A stretch of DNA of 64,000 nt from Eledone cirrhosa (GCA_964016885.1 OZ024742.1:356996001-357060000), one strand, 5' to 3'; shown: positions 28,126-41,362, counted from the first letter of the stretch. Notes: generated by a model from the letters alone, not told the origin. Numbers and translations are program-made.

Positions 28126-28407
28126 CAGAGCTGGATTTAATGGTGGGCAAAGGGGGCAAATACCTCAAACCCCATGCAGTGGTGGTGGAGGGTCCCACCA
28201 ACAATGACAGTAGCAATTTATTTGTGCCCTCAGCTGGGCTTTTTAGTTTTAGGATGGTTAGAGTTTTTGAATTTAATACCTGTTTGTATAACTTTTGAAT
28301 TCCAATTACTTGTGATAAGCTAACTTTGATATGTAAAATTGGGGGGTTTGCTGTGTATTCAAATATTTTGTGTATGAGGGGCTCCCTAAGGTCTAAATCC
28401 AACCTTG
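28126..28407. mobile_element. hAT-like MITE
   Basis: TIRs are CAGAGCTGGATTTA and TAAATCCAACCTTG. The 8-bp TSD GTATTATC/GTAGTATC matches 7/8. Confidence 0.7.
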
Positions 28408-28454
28408 GTAGTATCATTGTATTCTTTAGATTATTTTTCTATTTATAATATAAT

Positions 28455-28635
28455 TATAATGATAATAATAATAATGAAATTATTGTGTACAGTGCTCAGG
28501 TGCACTACAACTCATCAACGGTGCATGTATAGTACATAGAATAATGTACAAATGTTAGGGAAGTGAATAGTATATGAGTCATGATATGCATGTGTGCATG
28601 TGTATGGAGGGGGAATATTATGTGTAGTGTTGGTA
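28455..28635 (-). mobile_element. CR1-like LINE 3' UTR fragment
   Basis: Reverse complement of 25435-25608. Confidence 0.8.
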
Positions 28636-29433
28636 CTTCAATATAAATATAAACATGATTTCCAAATTCCATTAGTTTATGCCTCCCAAAAATTTTATTT
28701 CACATACTTTTCAAAAATAGTTAACTTTTAACTAATGTTTTAGATTAAAATGTGCACCACATTAACTGATATTTCCAATTTACAGGTGTACAAATGTCTC
28801 ATTATGTCACTGCGTATAACAATATTAATATAGTTTAATATCTCACCTTAAAAGTACCTTAATGAGGATGTTTGCAAAAATCTATATTTCTCATCAGATA
28901 AAATTTTAATTACATTTGTGTCATAGTTTTAATATTTCTTCAGTTCTTCATATATTTTATATAGTTCTTTATATTATAGAAAACTAAGTGAAGCAATTAT
29001 CAGAGGCTTAGTTTGCAGTTTTTTTTTTCTTCCATTCAAATCAAATTACTTATTGTTTCCTTTACTTTTTTTTTTATTAATTTTTCATCACTTTCTTTTT
29101 CTACTTATTTTAACAATATTTTGAAGAAAAATATAACAAAATTAGTCACAATGAAATGAAAGTCTTGAAGCAATTTCCCCATTCTCATTTCTAAAGAATT
29201 ATTTCTTTCATTTTATATATATATATATATATATCATCATCATTGTTTTTCTGTCTGATTTTCTATGCTATATATATCATCATCTTCGTTTATCGTCCAT
29301 CTTCCACGCTAGCATGGGTTATATATATGTTATGTATGTATAGCATGGAAAAGCAGGCATGTATATATATATATCGTTTCTGAATTTGTTGGCAACATGA
29401 CCCTCCCAAAGTATAACAATATATATATATATA

Positions 29434-29525
29434 CAGAGTGTCCCAAAAAATGTATTCACCATTCTAATAAATATTGCCTGTGGTGCAGGTAATCAAAGTG
29501 TGTATACATTTTTCAGGACATCCTA
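29434..29525. mobile_element. tiny Tc1/mariner-like MITE in a TA run
   Basis: TA-CAGAGTGTCCCAAAAAATGTATTCAC and GTGTATACATTTTTCAGGACATCCTA-TA form imperfect TIRs. A related decayed copy lies at about 30610-30690. Confidence 0.55.
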
Positions 29526-29575
29526 TATCTATATATATATATCTATCTATCCCTCCCTGTGGCAAATAAATAAAG

Positions 29576-29655
<80 letters not shown>
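29576..29655. repeat. (TA)n microsatellite
   Basis: Seen directly. Similar TA/CA/GA runs occur near 24320-24500, 30540-30830, 52135-52172, 60790-60880, 61870-62005, 63227-63285 and 63885-63950. Confidence 0.97.
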
Positions 29656-29659
<4 letters not shown>

Positions 29660-29819
29660 CCTAACAACAAAACAAATTACGAAAATAGAAGCAACAAAAC
29701 ATCAATGATATTGTTATTCCAAAGCGAAACCGCTGACTGTGAAAGACAGGGGAAGAAATTACTGTTTGTTGCTTCTTTGTTGTCTATTTTGTTGTTTTGT
29801 TTAGTTAAGTAATGTTGAT

Positions 29820-30071
29820 GTAATCATCATCATCATCATTGTAATCATCATCATCATCATCTATATTACCATTATCACTGCCATTGCTGCTGCTGTTGTT
29901 ATTACTACTAGTAGTATCTTCACCACCACCACCACCACTACTACTATTACTATTACCACAACTACTAGTACTACCATCACCATTGATACTACTACTAGCA
30001 CCACCATCACCACTGATACTACTACTAGCACCACCAACACAATCATCCCCACTACTATAGCTACTACTGCT

Positions 30072-30121
<50 letters not shown>

Positions 30122-30235
30122 CACCCCTCCTACCACTACTACTACTACCACCACCACCACCAGCACTACTACCACCACCACCACTACTACCACCACTACC
30201 ACCACCACCACCACCACTATTACTCCCACCACTAA
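29820..30235. repeat. (ATC)n/(ACT)n/(ACC)n trinucleotide low-complexity tract
   Basis: Seen directly. It explains the poly-Val ORF at 29861-30232. Confidence 0.92.
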
Positions 30236-30542
30236 ATTATTATCCCTTGTTTTTCTAGAATGTTCTTTTGCTCAGGGAAATTTCAACTCACAGTTTCATA
30301 TATTTCATTTATAATTCTTTCTTTTCCAAAACAATGCCTGGCAATATAATTTGAATTGATTGAGAGGAGTTTCATTGAAGATATTTATTTCTCACTACTT
30401 CAATTATCAGTTTGATATCTATTATTTGTCATTTGTCTTCAAGCAAAAATCTAAGCCATGTTGTGTTCATGTTGGAGATGAAGTGATGAAATAATAGTAG
30501 GAGGGTGAGGGAGAGATAAACAAGGAGAGACATAGAAAGATA

Positions 30543-30615
<73 letters not shown>

Positions 30616-30704
30616 GTGACCCCAATAAATACACACATACTTCAACAGCATTCTAATAAAGATATGTATACACTTTTTTGGACAACCTGCATATACAGAA
30701 AGAT

Positions 30705-30749
<45 letters not shown>

Positions 30750-31029
30750 CAGAGAGAGAGAGAGAGATACAGAGAGAAGAGGGGGAGGGAAAGAAAGATA
30801 GAGATACAGAGAGAAAGGAGAGAGAGAGAGTTCTGGCAAATACACTACTATGTTTGTTAATCTTAAATATATATTATTCTTGAAATCTTCAAGATATTTT
30901 GAAGTAGTGTCATATTACCTAGCTATTTACATTTGTGTATTTTGGTGTATATATACCAAAATACACAAACGTAGATGTATATATTATATATAAACCAAAG
31001 TACACAAATGTAAATATGGATATATATAT

Positions 31030-31605
31030 ATATATGCATATATATATCCTCATCATAATCACTGTTTTATGTCCATTTTTCCATGCTAGCATGGGTTAGA
31101 AAGTTTGTCCTGTTGTGGGTAATGCCTGGTCAGGTGACCATGTCTTGCGCATACAGAACTGCTTTTGGCTTGATTTCTACAGCTGGATGCCCTTCCTAAC
31201 GCCAACCTCATTTACAGTGAATACTGGGTGCTTTTTGTTGTGACGCCTGCAGTCTGCCTTTCATTTTGAGGGAAAAGATGTTTGTAGCCAGCAGTGGTAG
31301 TAGCTCCCTGAACTTCTTCCATCCCATTCTTACTCTTTCAGAAGACCCACTTCCACTGCTAATTCATTCACCCAAGTAGCAGAATCTGTCTATTGTTTCT
31401 ACCGAGCATTCCCAGAATTTGATAGCACTTGTTTCCTGTGGTCGTTTGCTGCTTACTGTCCTAGTACAACTGCTACATGAAAAACCTACATTCTTAGCTA
31501 AACTTCCTGAGATCCCACTACATCTCTTGTGTACCCATAGTTTGCATTTGGGACAGAAGATGGAATTTCTACCTACACCTTTCCTACATACTGAGCAAGG
31601 CCATG
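31030..31605 (-). mobile_element. RTE LINE fragment covering the PHD-like segment, fused to a 3' tail
   Basis: WPCSVCRKGVGRNSIFCPKCKLWVHKRCSG, CSSC and IDRFCYLG, followed by the shared AGGAAGGGCATCCAGCTGTAGAAA tail. Confidence 0.85.
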
Positions 31606-32019
31606 TATATATGAAATGATTATCGTTTTTTACAAATAGAATATACAAAATTAGAAACATAGGTGGGAAATTAAAAACAGCTCAAAATACAGTAATTTAT
31701 TATAATAAGCAGTACAAAAGGCTATGTTTCATACTTCATTGAATTAATTTTCCAAAAAGCATGTATACAAAATCCTATATATATATATATCAAAGCAATA
31801 TGGAATAACTTGCTATATTATACATTAATTGACACCTGTCTTTGAACAGTGATGATTTGCTGATATATTCCAGTAAAGCAAGCATTTAGAAAAAAGCATT
31901 CATTTCTTTTCTTTCTTTCTTATATTTATTCATTTATTTATCAGCTTCAGCATTTGGTCATCAGAAGAAGGGAGGCAGGTGTAAAAGCTAAACTTACTAT
32001 TTTCAATTTGCTATTCGTT

Positions 32020-32450
32020 GCAACCCATACCTATGGTTCCGAATTTTGGGTAATGACTGAAAGAATACAATCGCGAATACAAGTGACCACAATGGAGTCT
32101 TTGAAGTAACATCACTTGATAGAGTTTGTAGCTTGTTGATCAGAAATTCACTCCAGGTAGAGCTGCTACTTCTCCAAATTGAGAGATCACAGCTCTGATA
32201 CTATCGACATATGGTTAGAACATCTCAGGAAAGAAATGCTAGACAGATTTTACAGGCAAAACCAGCTGGTAGAAAATTCAAAGGTAGACCCTGAGCAAGA
32301 TGGTTGGATAACATCCATGAGCTTGGCTGGACTTGCTTTGGGATCCAGCCGGACCAGTTACAAATGGCTGTTTCTGACAGGACCCACTGGAAGGTGTATT
32401 TAAGGCCTCTGCCCCATGGCCCTCTCAGGAATATGTGGGTGAAGAAGAAT
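32020..32450 (+). mobile_element. RTE-type LINE 3' fragment with a (GAA)n tail
   Basis: Contains TYGSEFWVMTERIQSRIQ and is homologous to 22800-23250. Confidence 0.7.
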
Positions 32451-33320
32451 ATTAAGAGATGAGCACTAACATCCTTGTACTGAGAAAAAGTGTTACATCT
32501 TTATGAATGTAACAGTTAAACTGCTGTGGAGATTAAAACTTTAGTTAAGGCAGAAATACTTATATATCTAATTTGAGAGGGACAAAATGACATTCTTGAT
32601 GTTGTGTATTCAGTAACGATGTCAACTGGTAAGTAGGGGTCACATGAATGGATTTACACTCAAACTCAAATCTTCTATTTTCAAAAGTGAAATCTATATT
32701 ACTGTTTGCACGAAACATTTTCGCATTAATCTATCATCAACATAACCATCATCATCACATTCACCTTCTATACTTGTGTGGGTTGGATAGATATAAAATG
32801 ATGTGCACATCACTATTCAATGCCCATATTGAACTTCTATGCTGCATCATACTTCCAACACAAGCATCATACAAGCTGCTCCTCACTCAGAGAGAGAATC
32901 CCTTTTGTTACGCAGTGAAATATTAGTTTCTTGAAATTTTTCCTATCACATTTTTAATCTGGTTAATATGCTTCCAGCACCCTCAACTCTGTTGATAATT
33001 ATGTTACCTAGGAAACATGTTATCAGCTGCTTATAATGAGCCTTCCAAACATTTGCAATTTTATTGAAACTGAAAGTAAAGTTCAGTGGCATGCATTGAC
33101 TAGGGAAGGCATGGGCAACCTCTTTCAAGTAGTAGGCTACATAGGATGTGATTTGAAATAAGGCATGCCATTCAGAAAGCGAAATGGGACGCAGTTTTAC
33201 CATGACTGTGCTAGAGTATCACTGAGATTATTTTTATATCTTCATATATAACATTACAATAGGATGTGGCCATTGTTCAATGTTTGACCACAACATTTTC
33301 TAGTTAATGTCAAGAAATAC

Positions 33321-33890
33321 ATAAACATTTAACATTCCTGTTCAGAAGAAAATACCTGCAAGTAGTTGTCATTATGTTCAAATCCCGCTGATGTTAGCTT
33401 AGCTTTTCATCCTTATGAGATGATAAAATAAAGTACCAGTAAGATGCTGGGGTCAATTTAATCAATATTCCCCTTCCCAGCATTGTTGGCCATGTACCTA
33501 AATCAGAAGCCATTATAAACATTTAACATTCCTTTACAGAAGAAAATAACTGCAAGTAGTTGTCATTATGTTCAAATCCCGCTGAGGTTAACCTTGCCTT
33601 TCATCCTTACGAGGGTCGATAAAATAAAGTACCAGTAATACACTGGGATAATTGCTGGCCTTGTGCCAAAAGTAGAAACAATTATATACAGTGGCAAGTC
33701 TGTAGAGCATTGGATGAAATGTCATTACAATATTTGTTCTGGCTCTTTACATTCCGAGTTCAGATCCTGTTGAAGTCAGCTTTGCCTTTCATCCTTCATG
33801 TTTTGATAACATAAAATACCAGTCAAAGTTTAATTAATTTTTCCTTCTCCCAAAATTGCTGGCCTTGTGCCTAAATCAGAAATCATTAAG
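33321..33890 (+). mobile_element. three tandem partial SINE copies; the first two lie in a tandem duplication of about 195 bp
   Basis: GCCTTTCATCCTT...GATAAAATAAAGTACCAG occurs three times. The flank ATAAACATTTAACATTCCT...GCAAGTAGTTGTCATTATGTTCAAATCCCGCTGA is duplicated at 33321 and 33515. Confidence 0.7.
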
Positions 33891-34241
33891 TATATTAAAT
33901 ATAGACTGTGTATCTGTCATTTGGGAAGTATTACTTCAGTATTTAGATAAACATAACCAAAGTCAAGTTTCTATAACAGAAAGGCTACATAATTAAATAC
34001 TAATACTATTCTCTATACATCCTTGAGGGACGAATATGGGGGAAAGGGCCAGGGGACAGCAGATAAGGAGATGGACAGATGATATTAAGGAATGGACAGG
34101 AAGGAGTTTGGTAGAATGTACAGCAATGGCAAGAGACAAGAAAATATGGAGAGTGCTGGTCCACAGGTCCATGACCACCGACCCTCAGATATGAGGATGG
34201 GATGAGATGGATGGACTATTCTCTATCAATCATCAATGTAT

Positions 34242-34945
34242 ATAATAATAATAATAATAATAATAATTAAATTATTGTGTACAGTGATCAGGTGCACTAC
34301 AACTCATCAAGGTGCATGTATTGTACATATAATAATTGTTTCTACTTTAGGAACAAGGCCAGGAATTACCCAGTGTATTACTGGTACTTTATTTTATCGA
34401 CCCCGTAAGGATGAAAGGCAAAGTCTACCTCAATAATAATGTACAAAAGTCAGGAAAGTGAACAGTCTATGAGTCATGATATACATGTGTGCGTGTGTAT
34501 GGAGGGGGAATATCAGTTGTAGTGTTGGCCAATTTCAGGAATCATGGAGGTTTTAAAGGATGCAATGTCTCGACAGCTAACAACTGAAGCAGGTAGTTTG
34601 TTCCATGCTTCAGCAACTCTGAGCATGAAAAAAATGTTTCTGAAAGTCATGTGAGCTGTGCTGTTTTCTGACTTTGTAGGCATGTCCACATGTGTTAGAC
34701 ACATGGAATTCAAATAAAGGCACAAGGTTGTTGTTGGCAAGATGGCTAATTATTTTGTGGGTGTTTACCAAGTCAGTTGCCAGACATCAGAGCATTAATG
34801 TATCCATGCCCAGGGTTGCAAGGCATCCAGAGTATGGTAGATGCCTGATGGAGGGTATTCACTTGGTTGCACGTCTCTGAACAGTTTCCAGGAGATCAAT
34901 GTTCTGAGCAAGATAGGGATTCCAGACTGGTGATGCAAATTCTCT
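34242..34945 (-). mobile_element. CR1-like LINE 3' fragment with a nested SINE piece (about 34335-34432)
   Basis: Reverse complement of 25031-25608, including FFMLRVAEAWNKLP. Confidence 0.82.
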
Positions 34946-35639
34946 ACATATGTTTACATTTAATTAGAAATTGTGGTGGATAGCAGAATTGATTTTTATT
35001 TATATTGCCTTATTTTAATTTTAAATTCTTCTTAAACGATCTCTCACCTTTAAAACAACTTAGATTTATAAAATAAATAACAGCTAAGTACTTGAGTAGG
35101 TTTGATCCACTATGTACTTTACCAAAATATATAGTCTGGTGAACTTCGAAATTAATATATTTTTATTGATGCTGACATTTCAGAGCAGAGTAAATTAAGA
35201 GAAATAATCAAATTATTTCCAATATGCTTTTTGGTTTGGATTGCTGCCATGGTTTATTGAAACTTTCATTCATTTGGTGTTAATATCGTCCATTTCATGT
35301 CCTCTCTATTCTGTACAAATAATTGTTATTTCCTTTAGTATGATGAAAGTGCAAATTATATCCATTGTTCTTGACTGACAGTAGAACTAATTCTTCCTGT
35401 GACATGGTAAGTTGGAGTGAACGTAGCACAGTATGTTGCTTCTATATTCTTGTTTCATTACTAAACTCAATTTAGTGAAAGATTATACCTCAGCCTAGCA
35501 TGGGCTCAACTCACAGTAATAATTTCCTAAATTATACAATAGCAATGTGAAGTAATAAAGTAAAAATAACTAAACCATAAATGTAAAGAGTTGTCACTTC
35601 CTCTGTAGTCTCTCACTCTCCCCAACTCTCACTATTATA

Positions 35640-35970
35640 AACAATAGGAGGGGCAGGGCATATTCTGGCTGTCCCACAGCCCCAGCAGACAGGTGCTTCC
35701 CCAGTGGATTGTGAGAGTAATGCATTGGAAGAGCCATTCCAGTTCGGGAGGCTCACACCTGTCGGCAGCCAACTCAATGTTGATGGTGGTGAATAGGGAG
35801 GGGATCCTAGTTCCAAGGACACCAGATGTGTCCACAGCTATGGGCTAGATTACAAACCTGTCGGAGAGTGACTGATATTTGGAGAGTGTACCCTCCTTGG
35901 TCAGAAGTGCAGCAGAGCCTGCATTAGTTGCAGACTGCACCAGGTTGTCACTGGCGAAAGTAGCAATGTT
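35640..35970 (-). mobile_element. CRE-clade-like (restriction-like endonuclease) retrotransposon C-terminal fragment
   Basis: TFASDNLVQSATNAGSAA, KYQSL, PIAVDTSGVLG and EWLFQCITLTIHWG match the G.AA..AE..K..KY..L....F.P.AVET.G..G...FL.QR.S.A.QRGNA pattern. Confidence 0.6.
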
Positions 35971-36190
35971 GAGATTGATTTAGCACTATCTTCAATGGTC
36001 ACAGTCCTCCTTTGATGCCAGCCTGCTCAAAACCACTTCTGGTTCTATGAAACAAAAATCATTCATTTTAAAGAGTTTCTATTTAAATTAAAATCTTCCA
36101 AGAGAAATTTATATAAGACCACAAGTTAAATTATTATCTTCAGCAATGAAATAATTAATCATTTCAGTAAATCCATCAACATTCTTCACA

Positions 36191-36192
<2 letters not shown>

Positions 36193-36232
<40 letters not shown>

Positions 36233-36542
36233 TTTTTACGTCCGCTTTTCCCTGCTTGCAAGGGTTCGACGGGAACTGATTCTGGCTTGATTTCTACAGC
36301 TGGATGACCTTCCTAACACCAACCTCATTTACAGTGAGTGCTGGGTGCTTTTTTGCCGTGGCACCCCCACGACCACTTTACAGTGGAATGATATGGACCC
36401 CAGTCTCTATCATCTCATTTCTACAGTTGAGTAAACTGGAGCAATGTGAAATAAAGTGTCTTGCTCAAGGAAACAACACATCACCCGGTCTGAGAATTGA
36501 ACTCACAACCTTTCGATTGCAACCACTAAGCCATGTGCCTCC
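36193..36542 (-). mobile_element. near full-length tRNA-derived CORE-like SINE with an RTE-type (GAT)n tail
   Basis: On the minus strand: A box TGGCTTAGTGG, B box GAGTTCAATTC, a CORE-like block resembling the MIR core, then CACTGTAAAGTGGTCGTG, GTTAGGAAGGTCATCCAGCTGTAGAAA and (GAT)n. Confidence 0.85.
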
Positions 36543-37243
36543 AATATAATTGAAATAAAATACATTTTATTAGAAATACAGTCATGAAAGAATTAGCATT
36601 GTTTTAGCATTTTAAAGATGATTAATGTACCATCAGCCAAACTTTGAAATGTTATTTTTACTTAAGCATGTTATTTTTACTTAGCAGACATAGAAGTTGG
36701 GAAATATATATAAGCAAGATTTTTTTCCAGTAAAACAGGAATGTTGATCATTACATATAAGGGATTTTGATTTTGTCACAAGGCCAACAGTTTTTAAGGA
36801 GGGAAATGTTAATTAATCTTTAGCACACTAGAAATTTTTATGAATTCCTTTAACACTCTATTATGTATTAAGGGGAAATTACACTATCGGTGACATAATG
36901 TGCCTGTAGTGTCCAGAAGATTAAATCAATACCCACAAGGAAGAAAGATAAAGCTAACCTTCACAGGATTTGAACTCATAATGTAAATGGACATAACTAT
37001 ATGCCACAAGGCATGTTGTCCAACGTTCTCAAGATTCTTCCAATCCCCCAGTCGCATAAGTAATAATAATCATATTAATATGATGGGATGAGATGATAAA
37101 AGCCGACTTTACCAAATTGCACCTCCCAAGGGTGATAACACACGACCGTGACCTCTGGCATCACGCAGTAATAGAGAAGACCCAACTTCCCATGGGTACA
37201 AGCCGAAGCTGAAGCATATAGACAATATGTCCCCACCCCCTCT

Positions 37244-37463
37244 CACTGTAAAGTGGTCATGTAGGTACCACAGCAAAAAGGCACCCAGTACTCACGGTAA
37301 GTAAGGTTGATGATTGGAAGGGCATCCAGCTGTAGAAATCAAGCTAGAATCAGTTTCTGTATGAGCAAGACAATGTCAGCCGACTGGACACAGCCCACAA
37401 CAGGACAACCCGTCTAACCCATGCTAGCGTGGAAGAACGGACGTAAAATGGTGATGATGATGA
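37244..37463 (+). mobile_element. SINE/LINE 3' module copy
   Basis: Runs from CACTGTAAAGTGGTCATGTAGGT through GGAAGGGCATCCAGCTGTAGAAA to GGACGTAAAA and (TGA)n. Confidence 0.8.
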
Positions 37464-37469
37464 TTAATA

Positions 37470-37946
37470 ATTCCTGATTTAAACACAAGGCCAATCATTT
37501 CAGAAGTGAAAATCAATTAAATCAACCCCAGTGCATTACTGGTACTTTATTTTATCGATCCTGTTAGAATGAATGGTAAAGTTAACCTTGGCAGGATTTG
37601 AACTCAGGACGTAAATGATCGTAATTTTGAGCCCCGAAGCATGTTGCCCGACGCTCTACCGATTCTACCAATCCACCATCCTAGATCATTATATTCAATA
37701 TTTTGAAATCCTATCAAATTCAGCTTTGCATTTCATCTTTCTGGAATTGTAAAATGATTACCAGTCATGAATTGGGGCAGTAGAGGGTCGGACGCCATGC
37801 TTTCCAGCATACTTACGTCCCTTTACGATCTGAGTTCAAATCCCGCTGAGGTTGACTTTGCCTTTCATCCTTACGGGGTCGATAAAATAAAGTACCTGTA
37901 ATGAACTGGGTTATTGCTGGCCTTGTGCCTAAAGTAGAAACAAATA
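37470..37946. mobile_element. two oppositely oriented copies of SINE family 2 (37470-37680 minus; 37776-37946 plus)
   Basis: The B box GAGTTCAAATCC and the central TTTGCCTTTCATCCTTACGGGGTCGATAAAATAAAGTACC appear on both strands. Confidence 0.75.
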
Positions 37947-39255
37947 TGATTGACTATACTTTTTGCTAAAATGTGTGGCCATATATTAGTGCTAGAAATT
38001 TGATTAATTATTTTACACAGAAACTCAATCCCATTTTCCAAAAAATCAAGCATGTTCTTCAATAATTTTCATATGAATTATATGGCAGGAGACCCAGTGG
38101 TAGAGGCTGCACAAGATGGTTGACAACACCCATGGGCTTAGCTGTTCTCACTTAGGGATTCATTCAGATCAGTTGGAGATGGTTGCTTCTGACAGGAACC
38201 TCTCAGGAATTGTATGTAGCTTTTGTGTTGATATGTTTGTTCTGGATATCCTGAATATCCAAGTGTTGTACATGTAGGATTTTCTAATATAATATTTTGT
38301 CTGAAAAATATATTTTGTTTTTACTTCTGCAGACTTAGCAGCCATCAACCAAATAATTCCTGTATTATATAAATATATCTATTAATTGCTTTAACTTGTT
38401 TAGTATAGTCCTATAACTCCTTATAGAACCATAGGGTCGCTGTAGTGTCATACAGATTTTTGGGGGCATTTTAAACCTGGCAAAGCACTTCCTTCCTCAG
38501 GTTTTCACACAGCAGATTTCTTTTATAGAAGGAGAGAATGTAAGAGAAGGATGGAAGTGAGAAAGAAATTTAGAGGAAGAATTGACCCCAGTACAAGACC
38601 TCAAATGGATGAAAGACAAAGTTGACCTTGACGGGATTTGAACTAAGAGAGTAGAGAGCTGGAAACAAATCTGCAACTCATTCTATCTGATGTTCTAACA
38701 ACTCTGCCAATTTGCCTTAACTTATACACAAACAAATCTGCACCGAATCACAACTAACCTCATACTTAAACAAATATTATTCAGAAACTTATACTCAACC
38801 ATACCCACATGATACATACCACAGTAGACATAAAATAAAACCATCTATGCTCCTCTACACCATACATGAACACTGGCAACACAAAAAAAACCAAACCTAA
38901 GTCAATTACTGTTATGGGTTAATGGATATCATCAGGTTACAGCTGTCATATAACATGGTTTCTGTATAACTAGGTGACTGCCACCATTACTATTTATCCA
39001 CAAAGTTATCCTTATTCATTTCATGCCAATCCTAGGTACTTATTATTAAAGAATGTAATTAGGCTGTATACCTTTAAGGGGAACAATTAATAAGGGTCAG
39101 CTTTGAGAGTGGTGTAGCTTTTGTTAGATATTGATTAGGTCTAAACATTGTCATATACCCTCAAGTGTCTCATTATTTAAAATAGATATTTATTTTATCA
39201 TTAGTGTTTATTTTGTAACACTAAATCATCAAAAATTATATATAAACTCATATTA

Positions 39256-39370
39256 GTGCCTGAGGAAATGTCACTATTTTGATGGCTCTTGTTTACTGGA
39301 GGGTTGGTCAAATTTGGACCTTGAAACCTTAGATAGCGGTTTTGTTACACGTATGAACATAATTAAATAA
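39256..39370 (+). ncRNA. degenerate type I hammerhead ribozyme motif (Penelope-like terminal repeat fragment)
   Basis: Reads GTGC-CTGAGGA, a long stem, GAAAC-CTTAG-ATA-GC. It is homologous to 62070-62192 (minus) and 62211-62330 (plus). Confidence 0.55.
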
Positions 39371-39371
39371 T

Positions 39372-39555
39372 TGTTTCTATTTTAGGCACAAGGCCTGCAA
39401 TTACCCAGTACATTACTGGGACTTTATTTTATCGACCCCGTAAGGATGAAAGGCAAAGTTAACCTCGGCCGGATTTGAACTCAGGTCGTAAAGGGACAGA
39501 ACTATGCTGGAAAGAATGGCGTCCGACCCTCTACCGATACTGCCAATTCACCGCC
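39372..39555 (-). mobile_element. SINE family 2, full-length
   Basis: Has a tRNA-like head with a B box and a 13-bp TSD ATAATTAAATAAT. Confidence 0.88.
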
Positions 39556-39582
39556 ATAATTAAATAATATAATATATATATA

Positions 39583-40387
39583 TCATCATCATCATCATCT
39601 TTGTTTAACGTCCATTTTCCATGCTAGCATGGGTTAGACGGGAGTTGTCCCAATTGAGGCAAGGCTGGTCGGCTGACCGTGTCTCGCTCATATAGGACTA
39701 TCTGGCAGGTTTTCTATGGCTGGATGCCCTTCCTAACACCAACCACATTACAGTGTAGAACTGGGAACTTTTTACCGTGTTACCTACATTGCCACATTAC
39801 AGCGTGGACTGTGTGTTTTTTGTCGTGACACCTACACGATCTCGATCTCATTATCTCATGCTGTTGGTGGGAGTGAAAGGATAGGGTAGGGGTAGTGGAT
39901 TGTGGTGTATATTTGGTTAAGAGGTGCCTACTGACTGTAGGTTTCGCTTTGTACATAGGCAAGGCGGGTCTTCTGTATTACTGCGTAGCGCCGAAGATCT
40001 CGGTCCAGAGACATTGTCTTAGAGAGATGTAAGTGTGTGAGGTTGGAATTTATCAGATCATCCCAGGTTTTTCTGGGTCTACCTACTCCGTAACTACCAT
40101 CAATTTTGATTGCCCTGCACTTTTTTATGCAGCTGTCGTCTTTCATGCGCATCACGTGACCATATCAACGTTGTCTTCTCTCAAGTAAACAGCATCTGAT
40201 CCCTCTTATTCCTAATTTCTCACTTAGTTGATTTATGCTTTGCTGTTCATGTATATTACTATTACACATCCAACGGAGCATGCATGCTTCATTCCTTTCC
40301 AGTCTACGCAGGTCCTCTGCACGTAATACCCATGTCTTACTGCCATGTAGCATTGCTGTTCGTATACAGGCATCATACAATCTGCCA
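39583..40387 (-). mobile_element. RTE LINE 3' fragment with a complete 3' UTR
   Basis: LYDACIRTAMLHGSKTW and GRPRKTWDDLINSNL are nearly identical to the end of the 51024-51746 ORF, followed by the same UTR module. Confidence 0.92.
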
Positions 40388-41362
40388 GATTGATTTTCTT
40401 TTTAGTTTCAGAAGATCCCCTTAAGGGTGAATGCAGCGATTCTTTGCTTACACTTTAATCTGTTATTTTAATAAATATTTGCTCTATGGTTCTTATATAT
40501 TTGATATTTCATTTCATTTCATTTGAGTTTGAGTCCATGCTCAAGCCAAGTCGAAGACTCCATCCCCAGAGTCTGGTGTAGTTGCCAGGTTGGATTCTCT
40601 GTTTAATTTTGACATGTGTAGGAGCGAGTTTGAGTCAGTTTGTGCTCGTTGTGTATATGCTCGTTGTGTATATTTATCCTTATCGAGCCCTCTTAGCATT
40701 TTAGTCTTCACATTTATTATCATTACTATTAATATATATATATATATTCCTTCCACATTGTACAAATTCCATACTACTAATGCATTACTCATAGGATTTA
40801 TTACTCCTCAACATCACTTTTCCACTCTTTCTATTCATACATTTGTAGTTGAATAATGTAATAAAATATTTACTTACCCCTCTCTCCAAAGAGAGACAAG
40901 AGTCCAAAACGTTAGTTTTCTTCTTCATGTCATGATACATTAGCCTTGATCTAGGCACAGAGACTGTAACCCTCTCCTCTTCCCCCTCTTTCTCCTGTTG
41001 CCTAATAGTCCTTACTTTTTCCTTCTTTTCTTCACATTTATGACATTTATAGTCCTTTCTTCTACCTTCCTATACAGCCAGATCTTCCCTTCTTTACCCC
41101 TTCCCCCATTACTTTTTTCATTAATTAATTTTTTTATCTGTTTCATTAATATTTCTATCATTGTGTAAATTCTGTTTGTAAGATATAGATGATATAATAA
41201 AAATGTCTGTTAATTGAACATTTTGGATTATTTTCAAATTTATAATTGGTATATACACATACTACCAGCATTGCTACCACATTGATGCCTGGACAATGTG
41301 GGAGAACTCTAAAATACAGAACCCCAGGTTCACAGTTTCATTGTCCCACCAAACAAAATATT

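Noticed and set aside
29861-30232. Poly-Val membrane protein ORF
   Set aside because: It is the translation of an (ACT/ACC)n microsatellite.
40880-40920. Possible hammerhead relic (CCAAAGAGAGACAAGAGTCCAAAACGTTAG)
   Set aside because: Both catalytic boxes would need several corrections, and there is no second copy in the window to support a consensus.
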